Below the pieces are notes generated by a model. That model was not told the DNA's origin, ran no database searches, and saw nothing but the letters and a program-made list of their open reading frames with translations. 64,000 nucleotides of DNA from Pseudonocardiaceae bacterium (GTDB taxonomy: Bacteria > Actinomycetota > Actinomycetes > Mycobacteriales > Pseudonocardiaceae): NCBI GenBank assembly GCA_050700055.1, contig JBOHGE010000020.1, forward strand, positions 11,770-75,769, given 5' to 3'. Positions 7,796-15,530 of this stretch are shown here, piece by piece; the first letter of the stretch is position 1; the number at the start of each line of letters is the position of its first letter. The translations under genes and the position numbers were made by a program.

Positions 7796-9229
7796 CTATT
7801 TCTTCTTGACGCGTGGAACGCCACCCTTGCGCCCGATGTCAAATGCGATGCGGTAGACATCCGGCAGATCCAGCTTCTTGTTGGTGCGGATGGTCATGAC
7901 CCCAAGGTCGATCAGCTCTGCGATGAGGCCTTCGTAGCTGGTGTTGAGCGGGCCGGTAGCGAACGGCTCCTGGTCTTCGGAATCGCCGTGAGGCAGCTCG
8001 CTGGTCTTCGACCGCTGTGTCGACAACTCAGTACTCAAGTCGACTTCTTTCCACCGCCGAATGACCTCGTCCTTCTCGATGGGGACCTGGGTGCCACGCA
8101 GTGGGCCGATCGCGTCGGACACCCAAGGCGTGTCCTCCTGGACCTCCTGCACGCGGATCTGGGAGGCACGTTGCACTCCTTGACGAATCGCGTCCCAGTG
8201 CAGTGCGTAAGTATGACCAGAGAAGCCTTCTTCGGTCCGTTGGGTCGCACGCCACAGTGCGCTCAGGAAACTTCGCGGGCTCACCTGTTGCCTGCCGTCG
8301 GCTAGGTGGTTAGGCAACCAGGTGTAGGTGAAACCCTTGCGGTGGTCGGTCCCCATGTACTTGCTGGCGATGAGTTCGAGGATGGCTCGCTGCTTGGTCT
8401 CGTCGCCACTGAAACTATCTGTCCAACCGGTCTCTGACGTGAACCTGTTGCTGTGTTCCGAGTCGGCGCCGCTCATGTAGTGGAACAGCAGCGCGTACAG
8501 GCTCCTCTCCGTCCAGCGCAGGTCGGTCATATTGGCGATCAACTTCGACGCGTCGGCGAAGTCGAGCCCGACGGTGTCGAACATGTCGTACCGGATGAAC
8601 AGCTTCACTCGCAGGTTTCGGGTGCTCGTGCGCAGGTTAAGGGCCAGCTCGAAGATTCCCCTCGCGAGCTGGTCCGCGATCCGGCGATCGCTGTGCAGGC
8701 GGTCCATCGCGTCGAACAAGAGTAGTGTGATCCGGTCGTCTCGGCCCGCCTGCTCGTCCACGGCCAGGATCGCGTCGTCGACCTTGCCGGGGTTGTCGAC
8801 AACCCATTGCACCCGATCCGGCCAGTCCTCGACCGCCACCAACTCTGCAATGCCGAATCCGAACAGTGCCACGGCGGTCCAGATGTCCGACGGCCGGAAC
8901 GTGTCCACCAGGGAGTGCAGCCTGCGGGGGTTGGGGTACTGCTTGCTCAGCTTTGCGCCGAAGCCCGCCAGGGTGTCGACGCGGTTCAACCGGTCCAGTT
9001 GGTAGGACTTCGCGGCGATCTCACGGAGTGAGTCATCTTGCAGTGCTGTGAACCACACGGTCTTACCGGCACCACGCCCACCGCGGACGATTGTCGTGTC
9101 AGGGTCGAGTGCGTTGCGGTGACCCGATGGGGTGAACAATGTCTTTGGATCAGGATCGAAGGTGTCCGCGTCGACGACCGCGGGCAGCGCCGCGCCGAGC
9201 AGTTCCCGGTATTCAACGGCCGTCAGCAT
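7796..9229 (-). CDS. P-loop NTPase of unknown function (third gene of the operon)
   Basis: Walker A is IVRGGRGAGKTVWF and Walker B is ITLLLFDAMD, followed by a ~330-aa uncharacterised C-terminal region. ATG 9229 lies 1 nt after the upstream stop (TGAtATG). Confidence 0.8.
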   Translation of the reverse strand: MLTAVEYRELLGAALPAVVDADTFDPDPKTLFTPSGHRNALDPDTTIVRGGRGAGKTVWFTALQDDSLREIAAKSYQLDRLNRVDTLAGFGAKLSKQYPNPRRLHSLVDTFRPSDIWTAVALFGFGIAELVAVEDWPDRVQWVVDNPGKVDDAILAVDEQAGRDDRITLLLFDAMDRLHSDRRIADQLARGIFELALNLRTSTRNLRVKLFIRYDMFDTVGLDFADASKLIANMTDLRWTERSLYALLFHYMSGADSEHSNRFTSETGWTDSFSGDETKQRAILELIASKYMGTDHRKGFTYTWLPNHLADGRQQVSPRSFLSALWRATQRTEEGFSGHTYALHWDAIRQGVQRASQIRVQEVQEDTPWVSDAIGPLRGTQVPIEKDEVIRRWKEVDLSTELSTQRSKTSELPHGDSEDQEPFATGPLNTSYEGLIAELIDLGVMTIRTNKKLDLPDVYRIAFDIGRKGGVPRVKKK

Positions 9230-9230
9230 A

Positions 9231-10547
9231 TCAGGCACCCTCCTCGAGCATGGCCGAGACCGTGTCGACAAATTCCCGGTACGCCGCTTCAACCAGGTCT
9301 GTGCTCATCCAGGAGTTGTTGCGGCTCGGGTCGAGGCCGACAAGGTCCAAGCTATGGGAGATGGACAGCGGGTAGTGGGGGGCTGACGGGTCATCTGGGG
9401 CGAAGTTGAATATCTCCAGTTCCGCAACACCCTCTTCGTTGTCGTAGAGCGTGGCGGCGAAGCATTCCTGGGAGTTGTCGGCGAAGCTGCGCAGGTATAC
9501 CTCAGCCTGGTTCGACGGGACCATAGCGGCGATCATCTTGATCCGGTTCCTGATGCGGTCCCGGGTCTCGGCGTCCAGCCTGGTCCGCCACTGGTCGAAC
9601 AGCGCTCGGTATCCCTGCCAGGTCTGCGGGTTGTCGGTCGCGAACAGCAGAGCCAGGGTGCTCAGCTGGGTGATGGCCACCGCGGCCACATCATGGATAC
9701 CCGCCCGGCTGTCCAGCAGGACGACGTCCGGTTGCCTGCTCCGCCTGGCGACTTGAGCTTCGCAGGCGGCGATGGCGTCGGCGAGCCTGCGGCCGAAAGT
9801 CACCGTTTCACCGCCCGGCGTAGGCGGCAGGTCGAAGTAGACACGGTTGAGCTTGTCAAGGTAGGAGTAGCCATCCCGCGGTCGCCCGCCCGCCGAGGCC
9901 AGCCACACCTCGCCGTTACCGTGCAGCTCACCGATGGAATCACTCCTCATGACCAGGTCGAGGTCGGCCTGGTTCCCGACTGCCGACTCGACCAGGTGAT
10001 CCACGATGCCATGGTCGGCGTACTGGAGGTCGGCATGGAGCAGCGAACTGACGCCCGGGGACTCCAGGTCAAGGTCGACCACCAGGACTGACTTGCCCTG
10101 GCGGGCCAGGTGACGCGCCAGGATGAAGGTGGCCGTGGAGCGGCCGACACCGCCCTTGAAGCCATACAGGGCCACCCGCCTGCCCGTCGGTTCCTGGGCA
10201 GGTCTGAGCCAGTCGGCCCCGACCGTGCCGCGCTCGATGACGCTCACGCGCCCGGAGTCGGCGATGAAGCTTGGGACCAGGTGCCGATCCGGCGATTCGA
10301 GGATCTGATCTGGTGCGAAAAGTGTGCTGACCACCAGGACGGGCTGCTGACCGACGAAAGGGCCACATGAGGCGTGTAGGCGTTCCTGCAGGCCCGGGAT
10401 CCTCGGGTCGTCGTCGGGGAGGTCGACCACCATCGACGACCGGCCGAGCAGGTCTCGGATGACGGTCACGTCGGTGTCGAGGTCCTGGGCGGCTGTGTTG
10501 GCGATCTTCAGCGCGCCACGCCACGCTTCGTCGAAGCGGATGGTCAC
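9231..10547 (-). CDS. ParA/MinD-like ATPase with variant Walker A KGGVGR
   Basis: RVALYGFKGGVGRSTATFILARHLA is a deviant Walker A with Arg in place of the P-loop Lys. Also present: VLVVDLDLESPG (A' box) and VVLLDSRAGIHD (Walker B). A ~110-aa N-terminal domain is unassigned. The GTG start at 10547 overlaps the upstream stop (GTGA). The Arg/Pro-rich upstream extension of the ORF was rejected. Confidence 0.8.
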   Translation of the reverse strand: MTIRFDEAWRGALKIANTAAQDLDTDVTVIRDLLGRSSMVVDLPDDDPRIPGLQERLHASCGPFVGQQPVLVVSTLFAPDQILESPDRHLVPSFIADSGRVSVIERGTVGADWLRPAQEPTGRRVALYGFKGGVGRSTATFILARHLARQGKSVLVVDLDLESPGVSSLLHADLQYADHGIVDHLVESAVGNQADLDLVMRSDSIGELHGNGEVWLASAGGRPRDGYSYLDKLNRVYFDLPPTPGGETVTFGRRLADAIAACEAQVARRSRQPDVVLLDSRAGIHDVAAVAITQLSTLALLFATDNPQTWQGYRALFDQWRTRLDAETRDRIRNRIKMIAAMVPSNQAEVYLRSFADNSQECFAATLYDNEEGVAELEIFNFAPDDPSAPHYPLSISHSLDLVGLDPSRNNSWMSTDLVEAAYREFVDTVSAMLEEGA

Positions 10548-10783
10548 GTCAGCATCCCGTCGAGGTGCGCCCGTTCGAGGATCCCGACCACGGTCCGCGC
10601 GGCGGAGATGTGGTTCTTGATTGCCTTGCCGGTGTCCGGATGCACGACGAGGTCGTCCTGGTTGACGTGACCCCCGAGGAAGCCCGCGATCAGGGCCTTG
10701 AGCGCGCACTCGGCGGCCATCCCCGCGAGGTGGTCCGCGTTGGCGGGCCGGGAGTGCGCGTGCAGCAGTTCCGTGTCGGCCAT
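10544..10783 (-). CDS. small helical protein, HEPN-like N-terminal helices, no Rx4-6H motif (first gene of the operon)
   Basis: MADTELLHAHSRPANADHLAGMAAECALKALIAGFLGG resembles the first helices of HEPN domains (A.E.ALKA). It is only 79 aa from ATG 10783. It is translationally coupled to the next gene. Confidence 0.5.
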   Translation of the reverse strand: MADTELLHAHSRPANADHLAGMAAECALKALIAGFLGGHVNQDDLVVHPDTGKAIKNHISAARTVVGILERAHLDGMLT

Positions 10784-11029
10784 GTGGCGTTTGGCCGAGG
10801 AGCCGAAGTCGGTTCGGGGGTGGTTGACACCGCGCCAGGGTACCGGCCGGTACCACTGATAACAGGCGATGAGGCCGTGCCGGGCGCGCCGTGATGAGCG
10901 TCTCGAAGCAGCAGGCCGCGGGCGCCCCAGAGGCAAGCGCACGCCCTGCTACCGCCGACGGTCGGCCGGCGTGCCGAACAGCTCCGCGGCCAGCTAGGGA
11001 TCGAGCACGCTCCTAGCAGGATAATGCTG

Positions 11030-11046
11030 TTGCAATCTAATTGCAA
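11030..11046. promoter_or_regulatory. perfect 7-3-7 palindrome TTGCAATctaATTGCAA in a divergent promoter region
   Basis: Lies in the AT-rich gap between the 10783 (-) operon and the 11118 (+) gene. Its right half doubles as a -35-like TTGCAA, 17 nt upstream of a -10-like TACTGT. A GATAAT lies just upstream. Confidence 0.45.
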
Positions 11047-11117
11047 ATTAGCTCTATCGTGCGTACTGTCCACTCCAAAGAGTGAATCTTTTCGATCATG
11101 AACCCCGAGGAGCGTAT

Positions 11118-12657
11118 ATGAGAGAGAGCCGTTCGAGTGATGAGCGCGTGCGATGGCGCCTGCGTCCGGCGCTGCACGTCATGCTCGCGATCGCCGTCGC
11201 GCTCGCGCTGTCCGCCACCACAGCCGGCCCGGCATCGGGGGCGGCAGCGCCCGGGCCGAGCTACCTGATGGTGTCCGACGGCGCCGCCGCGAAAGTCCAC
11301 TTTTACCCGGTCCCCGACATGACGTTGACCGGCACGCTGACCGGGGTCAAGCTCGGCGCCACTGGATCGCTTCCCTCCGGTGCCGACCCGGCCGCCAACA
11401 ACCCTATGCACGCAGGAGCCATCGTGCTGCCCGATGGCCGCATCCTCGTCAACGACGAGAGCCAGCAGCGGACGCTGGCTATCAAGCTCGACGGTGCCGG
11501 AGTACCCAGCATCGTCAACAGCACCAGCTCGCGGCTGGGCAACGAGGCGCCCTGGGCGGCGGTCGATCCGCTCTTCCGTTACTACGCCGTCGCGTCCAAC
11601 GGGGGAGGCCCCTCGCCTGACCGCGAGATTCTCAACCTCATCGACCTCCAGACGTTCGCGAACACCCAGCTCGAGATCCCGTTGGCAGGCACGACCGAGG
11701 ACCCTGACTCCGTTGTTCGGCGGGAACCCCTTGACGCTGTTCGCGGGCGTGGGCGGCAACGAGATGCGCGCCTACAACGTCAACGCGCTGCTGCAGGGCA
11801 CCGTCACGCCCACCGGCACCTTCCCGATGGGCCCGAACAGCCACGGCGGCTTCGCATCCCCGGCCACCGGGAGGATCGGTATCACGACCGGCCCGCAACC
11901 GCCCAACCTGGGCACGGGCGCCGGCCAGACGCCGAACCCTGACAACCTGGGCATGGACGTGCTCGATGTGGCCTGTGTCCCGAGGCGATGCAGCCCGCCG
12001 TCCAGTTTCGTGTTCCCGTGCAATGGCGCGCTGTGCCCGTCGCTGAGCAACCGCACCACGGTGCCCTGGAATGCGGAGGGTCTTACCCTCGCCAAGGGCA
12101 ACCGGGTGCGGGTGATGGCCGACGGCAAGCACGTCATGACGCCGCTCAACGTGGACCTGACCCCGGGCATCGCCACCGACTGGAAGGACGTCCGCCTCGA
12201 CGCCCATGTCACCGACCTGGTGACCAAGACCCCCCGGCGGGTCAACGTCGGGACCGGAGCGACCTCGCGAGGCTTCCCGGTGTCGCAGACCTACGCCGTC
12301 GAGCCGATCATCAGGCCGAAGGTCGCGGGCGGCAAGGACCAGCTGAAGATCATCGACGTGCGTCCGGGCTCACCGACCTACTTGCAGATCGTCCGCACGG
12401 TCGACCTGGAGCAGATGACCAAGGGACCGGAGGACGGCATCGCTCCGGCCTACCCGACCTACGAGCGACGGTTCGCGGCGATCACACCGGACGGGCGCTA
12501 CGCGTTCGTCACTCGGGGTGGTGATGGAAAGATCGACATGGTGGACACCGCCACCGGTGCGGTGACCACGGTCAACGCGCCGACCTCCCTCACCGGCGGT
12601 GGTCACATCACCGCCTTCCAGGTAGGCCGCACACCGTGGGATCTGTCTGGCCGGTAG
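11118..12657 (+). pseudogene. secreted YVTN/beta-propeller repeat protein, apparent frameshift
   Basis: GAGGAG RBS followed by ATG 11118. Signal peptide LHVMLAIAVALALSATTAGPASGAAA. The sensible sequence jumps from the frame of ORF 11082 to that of ORF 11380 near 11695-11705 (…AGTTEDP | LTPLFGGNPLTLFAGVGGNEMRAY…). The C-terminus has ITPDGRYAFVTRGGDGKIDMVD. Confidence 0.6.
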
Positions 12658-12684
12658 CACCATAATCGAGAAGGCGCTGGCCTT

Positions 12685-12714
12685 GGCCTCCCGGACCCCG
12701 GCGTCCGGGAGGCC
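12685..12714 (+). terminator. 12-bp perfect GC-rich hairpin downstream of the propeller gene
   Basis: ggcctcccggac-cccggc-gtccgggaggcc lies 28 nt after the stop at 12657. No U-tract follows. Confidence 0.5.
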
Positions 12715-12803
12715 GAGCGGCGTTTGTGCAATGCCGGCGGCCCGGGCACCGTCGCGCGCTCGTCGAGCCGTACGCTGCGGGGCCGGACCAGATCTGGGAG
12801 CGC

Positions 12804-13934
12804 GTGCTTGTGGCAAGCGACGACGAACGCATCGCCCTGTTCCTCGACTACGAGAACCTCGCGATCGGAGCGCGCGACGGGCTGGGGGTCGCCCCCTTCG
12901 ACTTCGGCCCGGTGGCCGACGCGCTCGCCGAGCGGGGGCGGGTGGTGGTGCGCCGGGCCTACGCCGACTGGTCGTATTTCGACGCCGACCGCCGGCTGCT
13001 CGCCCGGGCGCAGGTCGAGCTCATCGAGATCCCCCAGCGCATCGGTGGATCACGGAAGAATGCGGCTGACATCAAGATGGCTGTCGATGCCATCGAGCTC
13101 GCCTACGAGCGCGGCTTCATCACGACATTCGCCATCGGTACCGGTGACTCCGACTTCACCCCGCTCGTGCACAAGCTGCGCGAGCTCGACAAACGAGTCA
13201 TCGGCATCGGCGTGCAGTCGTCGACGTCGGCGCTGTTGCCGCCCGCCTGCGACGAGTTCCTGTTCTACGACCGCCTGCCCGGCGTCGAGCCGTCCCAAGA
13301 ACCGCGGCGCGGCAGGGGGCGCGGTCGCCATTCCAGCGCTGCGTCACCCGCGACGCCGTCGGGCTCGGTCCCGATCCCCTCGGGTGCCGGCAAAGCCGAC
13401 GGGGTGGTCGCCGACGTGCCGGTCGACGAGGAGGTGACGGCGGGAGAGGAGCACGACGTCGGCCTGCTCGTCGCGCGCACCCTCGCCGGCCTGCAACACC
13501 ACGCCGACGGACCGGTGCGCGCGTCGATGCTCAAGCGGGCGATCCTGCGCAAGGACCCCACCTTCGACGAGGCCGGTCAGGGATTCCGGGGGTTCGGCGA
13601 GCTGCTCCGCCACCTCGAGAGCCGGCGTGTCGTGGAGCTGCGCCGGGGATCGGCGCAGGGCGACCCCGAGGTGACGTTCCCCGAGGGCGACTCGGCCGAC
13701 GACGACGCCTTTCGGCTGCTCGTCAGCGTCGTCCGTGAGCTGCAGGCGTCGGGTTCACCACCCCAGCTGAGCGGGCTCAAGAACCAGCTGCGCAAGCGTT
13801 TACCCGACTTCAGCGAGAAACGCTACGGCTTCAACAGCTTCCTGTCCTTCGCCAAGGCGGCCCGCGCGCGTGACCTGATCGCCATGGAGTGGGACGACGC
13901 CGGCGGCGACTACCAACTGCACGTGCCCGGCTGA
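12804..13934 (+). CDS. NYN (LabA-like PIN) domain plus OST-HTH/LOTUS domain protein
   Basis: IALFLDYENL...RAYADW...GGSRKNAADIKMAVDAIEL...FAIGTGDSDFTPLVHKLRELDKRVIGIG is the NYN signature. The C-terminus shows LOTUS-like helices (LSGLKNQLRKRLPDFSEKRYGFNSFLSFAKAA). The start is a guess (GTG 12804). Confidence 0.75.
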   Translation: MLVASDDERIALFLDYENLAIGARDGLGVAPFDFGPVADALAERGRVVVRRAYADWSYFDADRRLLARAQVELIEIPQRIGGSRKNAADIKMAVDAIELAYERGFITTFAIGTGDSDFTPLVHKLRELDKRVIGIGVQSSTSALLPPACDEFLFYDRLPGVEPSQEPRRGRGRGRHSSAASPATPSGSVPIPSGAGKADGVVADVPVDEEVTAGEEHDVGLLVARTLAGLQHHADGPVRASMLKRAILRKDPTFDEAGQGFRGFGELLRHLESRRVVELRRGSAQGDPEVTFPEGDSADDDAFRLLVSVVRELQASGSPPQLSGLKNQLRKRLPDFSEKRYGFNSFLSFAKAARARDLIAMEWDDAGGDYQLHVPG

Positions 13935-13967
13935 GCCACCACGGCGGCCTGCCAGAACGCCCGCGTC

Positions 13968-15200
13968 TCAGGCCCGGCGGAAGACCCAACGGCGCAGCAG
14001 CAGGAACCGCATCAACGTGGCGGCGGCATTGGCGGCGACGAGCACCGCGACCTCGACCGACGCCGGCGGCGCGCTGTGCACCGAATGTGCCACGGCCAAG
14101 GTGGCACTGGTCAGGCCCAAAGCGAGCCCGAAAACGATCAGGCCTTGAAGTTGGTGGCGGGTCACCCGCTGTGGCCCGACGACACCGAAGGTGAACCGCC
14201 GGTTCAGCGCCGTGTTCGCGATCGCGGTGATCAGCAGGGTCAGGGCGTTGGCGCCCTGGGCGCCCAACGGATCGCGCAGCAGCAGGAACAGCAGCAGGTA
14301 GGCCACGGTGCTGAACACGCCGACGGCGGCGAACCGCACCAGCTGACGGGTCAGGCCCACCGGCACGCCCGGGGTGGCCGGCTCCAGTGGGGCTCGGCCC
14401 AGCTGCGCGCGGAGATCGTTCACCGGCAGCGCGCCGGTCGCGAACGCGCGGGTCAGCCGGGCTATCCCGCGGACGTCGGCCATCGCGGTGCTGACGATGT
14501 GCACGCGGCTGTCCGGGTCGTCGATCCAGTCGACCGGCACCTCGTGGATGCGCAGCCCGCTGCGCTCGGCCAGCACGAGCAGCTCGGTGTCGAAGAACCA
14601 TCCGTTGTCCTCGACGAGCGGCAGCAGGTGCACCGCAACCTCGCGCCGGATGGCCTTGAACCCGCACTGCGCGTCGGAGAAGCGGGCGGCCAGGGTGTGC
14701 CGCAGCATCAAGTTGTAGCTGCGGGAGATGAGCTCCCGCTTCGCCCCGCGGACCACCCGGGACCCGCGGTGCAGTCGAGTTCCGATGGCGAGATCGGAGT
14801 GCCCCGAGACCAGCGGTGCAATCAGCGGCAGCACCGCCGCGAGATCGGTCGACAAGTCGACGTCCATGTACGCCAGGACGGGCGCCTCCGACGTCGACCA
14901 GACCGCGCGTAGCGCGCGCCCGCGGCCCTTCTCCGGCATATGCACGACCCGGACCGACGGGAACTCCACGGCGAGCCGGTTCGCCACCGCGAGTGTGGTG
15001 TCCGTGCTCGCGTTGTCGGCGACCGTGATCTGGAACGGGTAGGGCATCCCAGCGGTCAGGTGCGCATGCAGCCGCCGAACGCACGGCTCGAGGTCGATTT
15101 CCTCGTTGTGCACCGGGATGACGACGTCGACGACGGGCGGGGGCGCAGGCGGCTGCGCGAGGCTGGGCGCGCCGGCCGGGGCGAGGTCTCCAAAGGTCAC
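13968..15200 (-). CDS. GT2 polyprenyl-phosphate glycosyltransferase fused to a GtrA-like membrane domain
   Basis: VVIPVHNEE, ADNASTD, YMDVDLSTD (DxD) and QCGFKA are GT2 motifs. The C-terminal 4-TM segment with NRRFTF is GtrA-like. Confidence 0.85.
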   Translation of the reverse strand: MTFGDLAPAGAPSLAQPPAPPPVVDVVIPVHNEEIDLEPCVRRLHAHLTAGMPYPFQITVADNASTDTTLAVANRLAVEFPSVRVVHMPEKGRGRALRAVWSTSEAPVLAYMDVDLSTDLAAVLPLIAPLVSGHSDLAIGTRLHRGSRVVRGAKRELISRSYNLMLRHTLAARFSDAQCGFKAIRREVAVHLLPLVEDNGWFFDTELLVLAERSGLRIHEVPVDWIDDPDSRVHIVSTAMADVRGIARLTRAFATGALPVNDLRAQLGRAPLEPATPGVPVGLTRQLVRFAAVGVFSTVAYLLLFLLLRDPLGAQGANALTLLITAIANTALNRRFTFGVVGPQRVTRHQLQGLIVFGLALGLTSATLAVAHSVHSAPPASVEVAVLVAANAAATLMRFLLLRRWVFRRA

Positions 15201-15337
15201 ACTCGAACAGTAAAGAAAATGTCAACGTGTTATCGGTCGCACTACGTGAATAACCGGTCGCCCACCGCGAAAAACCATGGGAGAAACGGTGCCACCAAGA
15301 CGGCGATGGTCTCGCATATACCGGAGATTCTCCTAGA

Positions 15338-15378
15338 GTTAATCTTCTCTTAACCCAGATCGTTAATCTTCCCTTAAC
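15338..15378. promoter_or_regulatory. two tandem copies of GTTAA-N7-TTAAC in a divergent promoter
   Basis: gttaatcttctcttaac (15338-15354) and gttaatcttcccttaac (15362-15378) sit 24 nt apart in the AT-rich gap between the GT2-GtrA (-) and PMT (+) genes. Confidence 0.5.
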
Positions 15379-15530
15379 ACGCGAGCCCATACTTTGAGAC
15401 TTGCCGTTCAGCTGGCGTTCATGTCCGTCTCGCAGAGTCCCTGCGGGTCGGCCGGTGCGCGCGACGTCGTGGGAGTGCAGTGCAGCAGCTGCGCCGGCTC
15501 TCATGCGAACCTACCCACCAACCGTACGGA

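Noticed and set aside
9231-10856. N-terminal 103-codon extension of the KGGVGR ATPase ORF, and the 53-codon extension of the first operon gene (to 10942)
   Set aside because: The extensions are Arg/Pro/Gly-rich and overlap the upstream gene. The GTG at 10547 forming a GTGA junction, and the ATG at 10783, give compact sensible proteins.
13831-15504. 557-aa minus-strand ORF and several other long ORFs overlapping the GT2-GtrA gene
   Set aside because: The translations are Arg/Pro/Gly/Ala-rich with no motifs, as is typical of shadow frames in high-G+C DNA. The 13968-15200 frame has clear GT2 and GtrA motifs.
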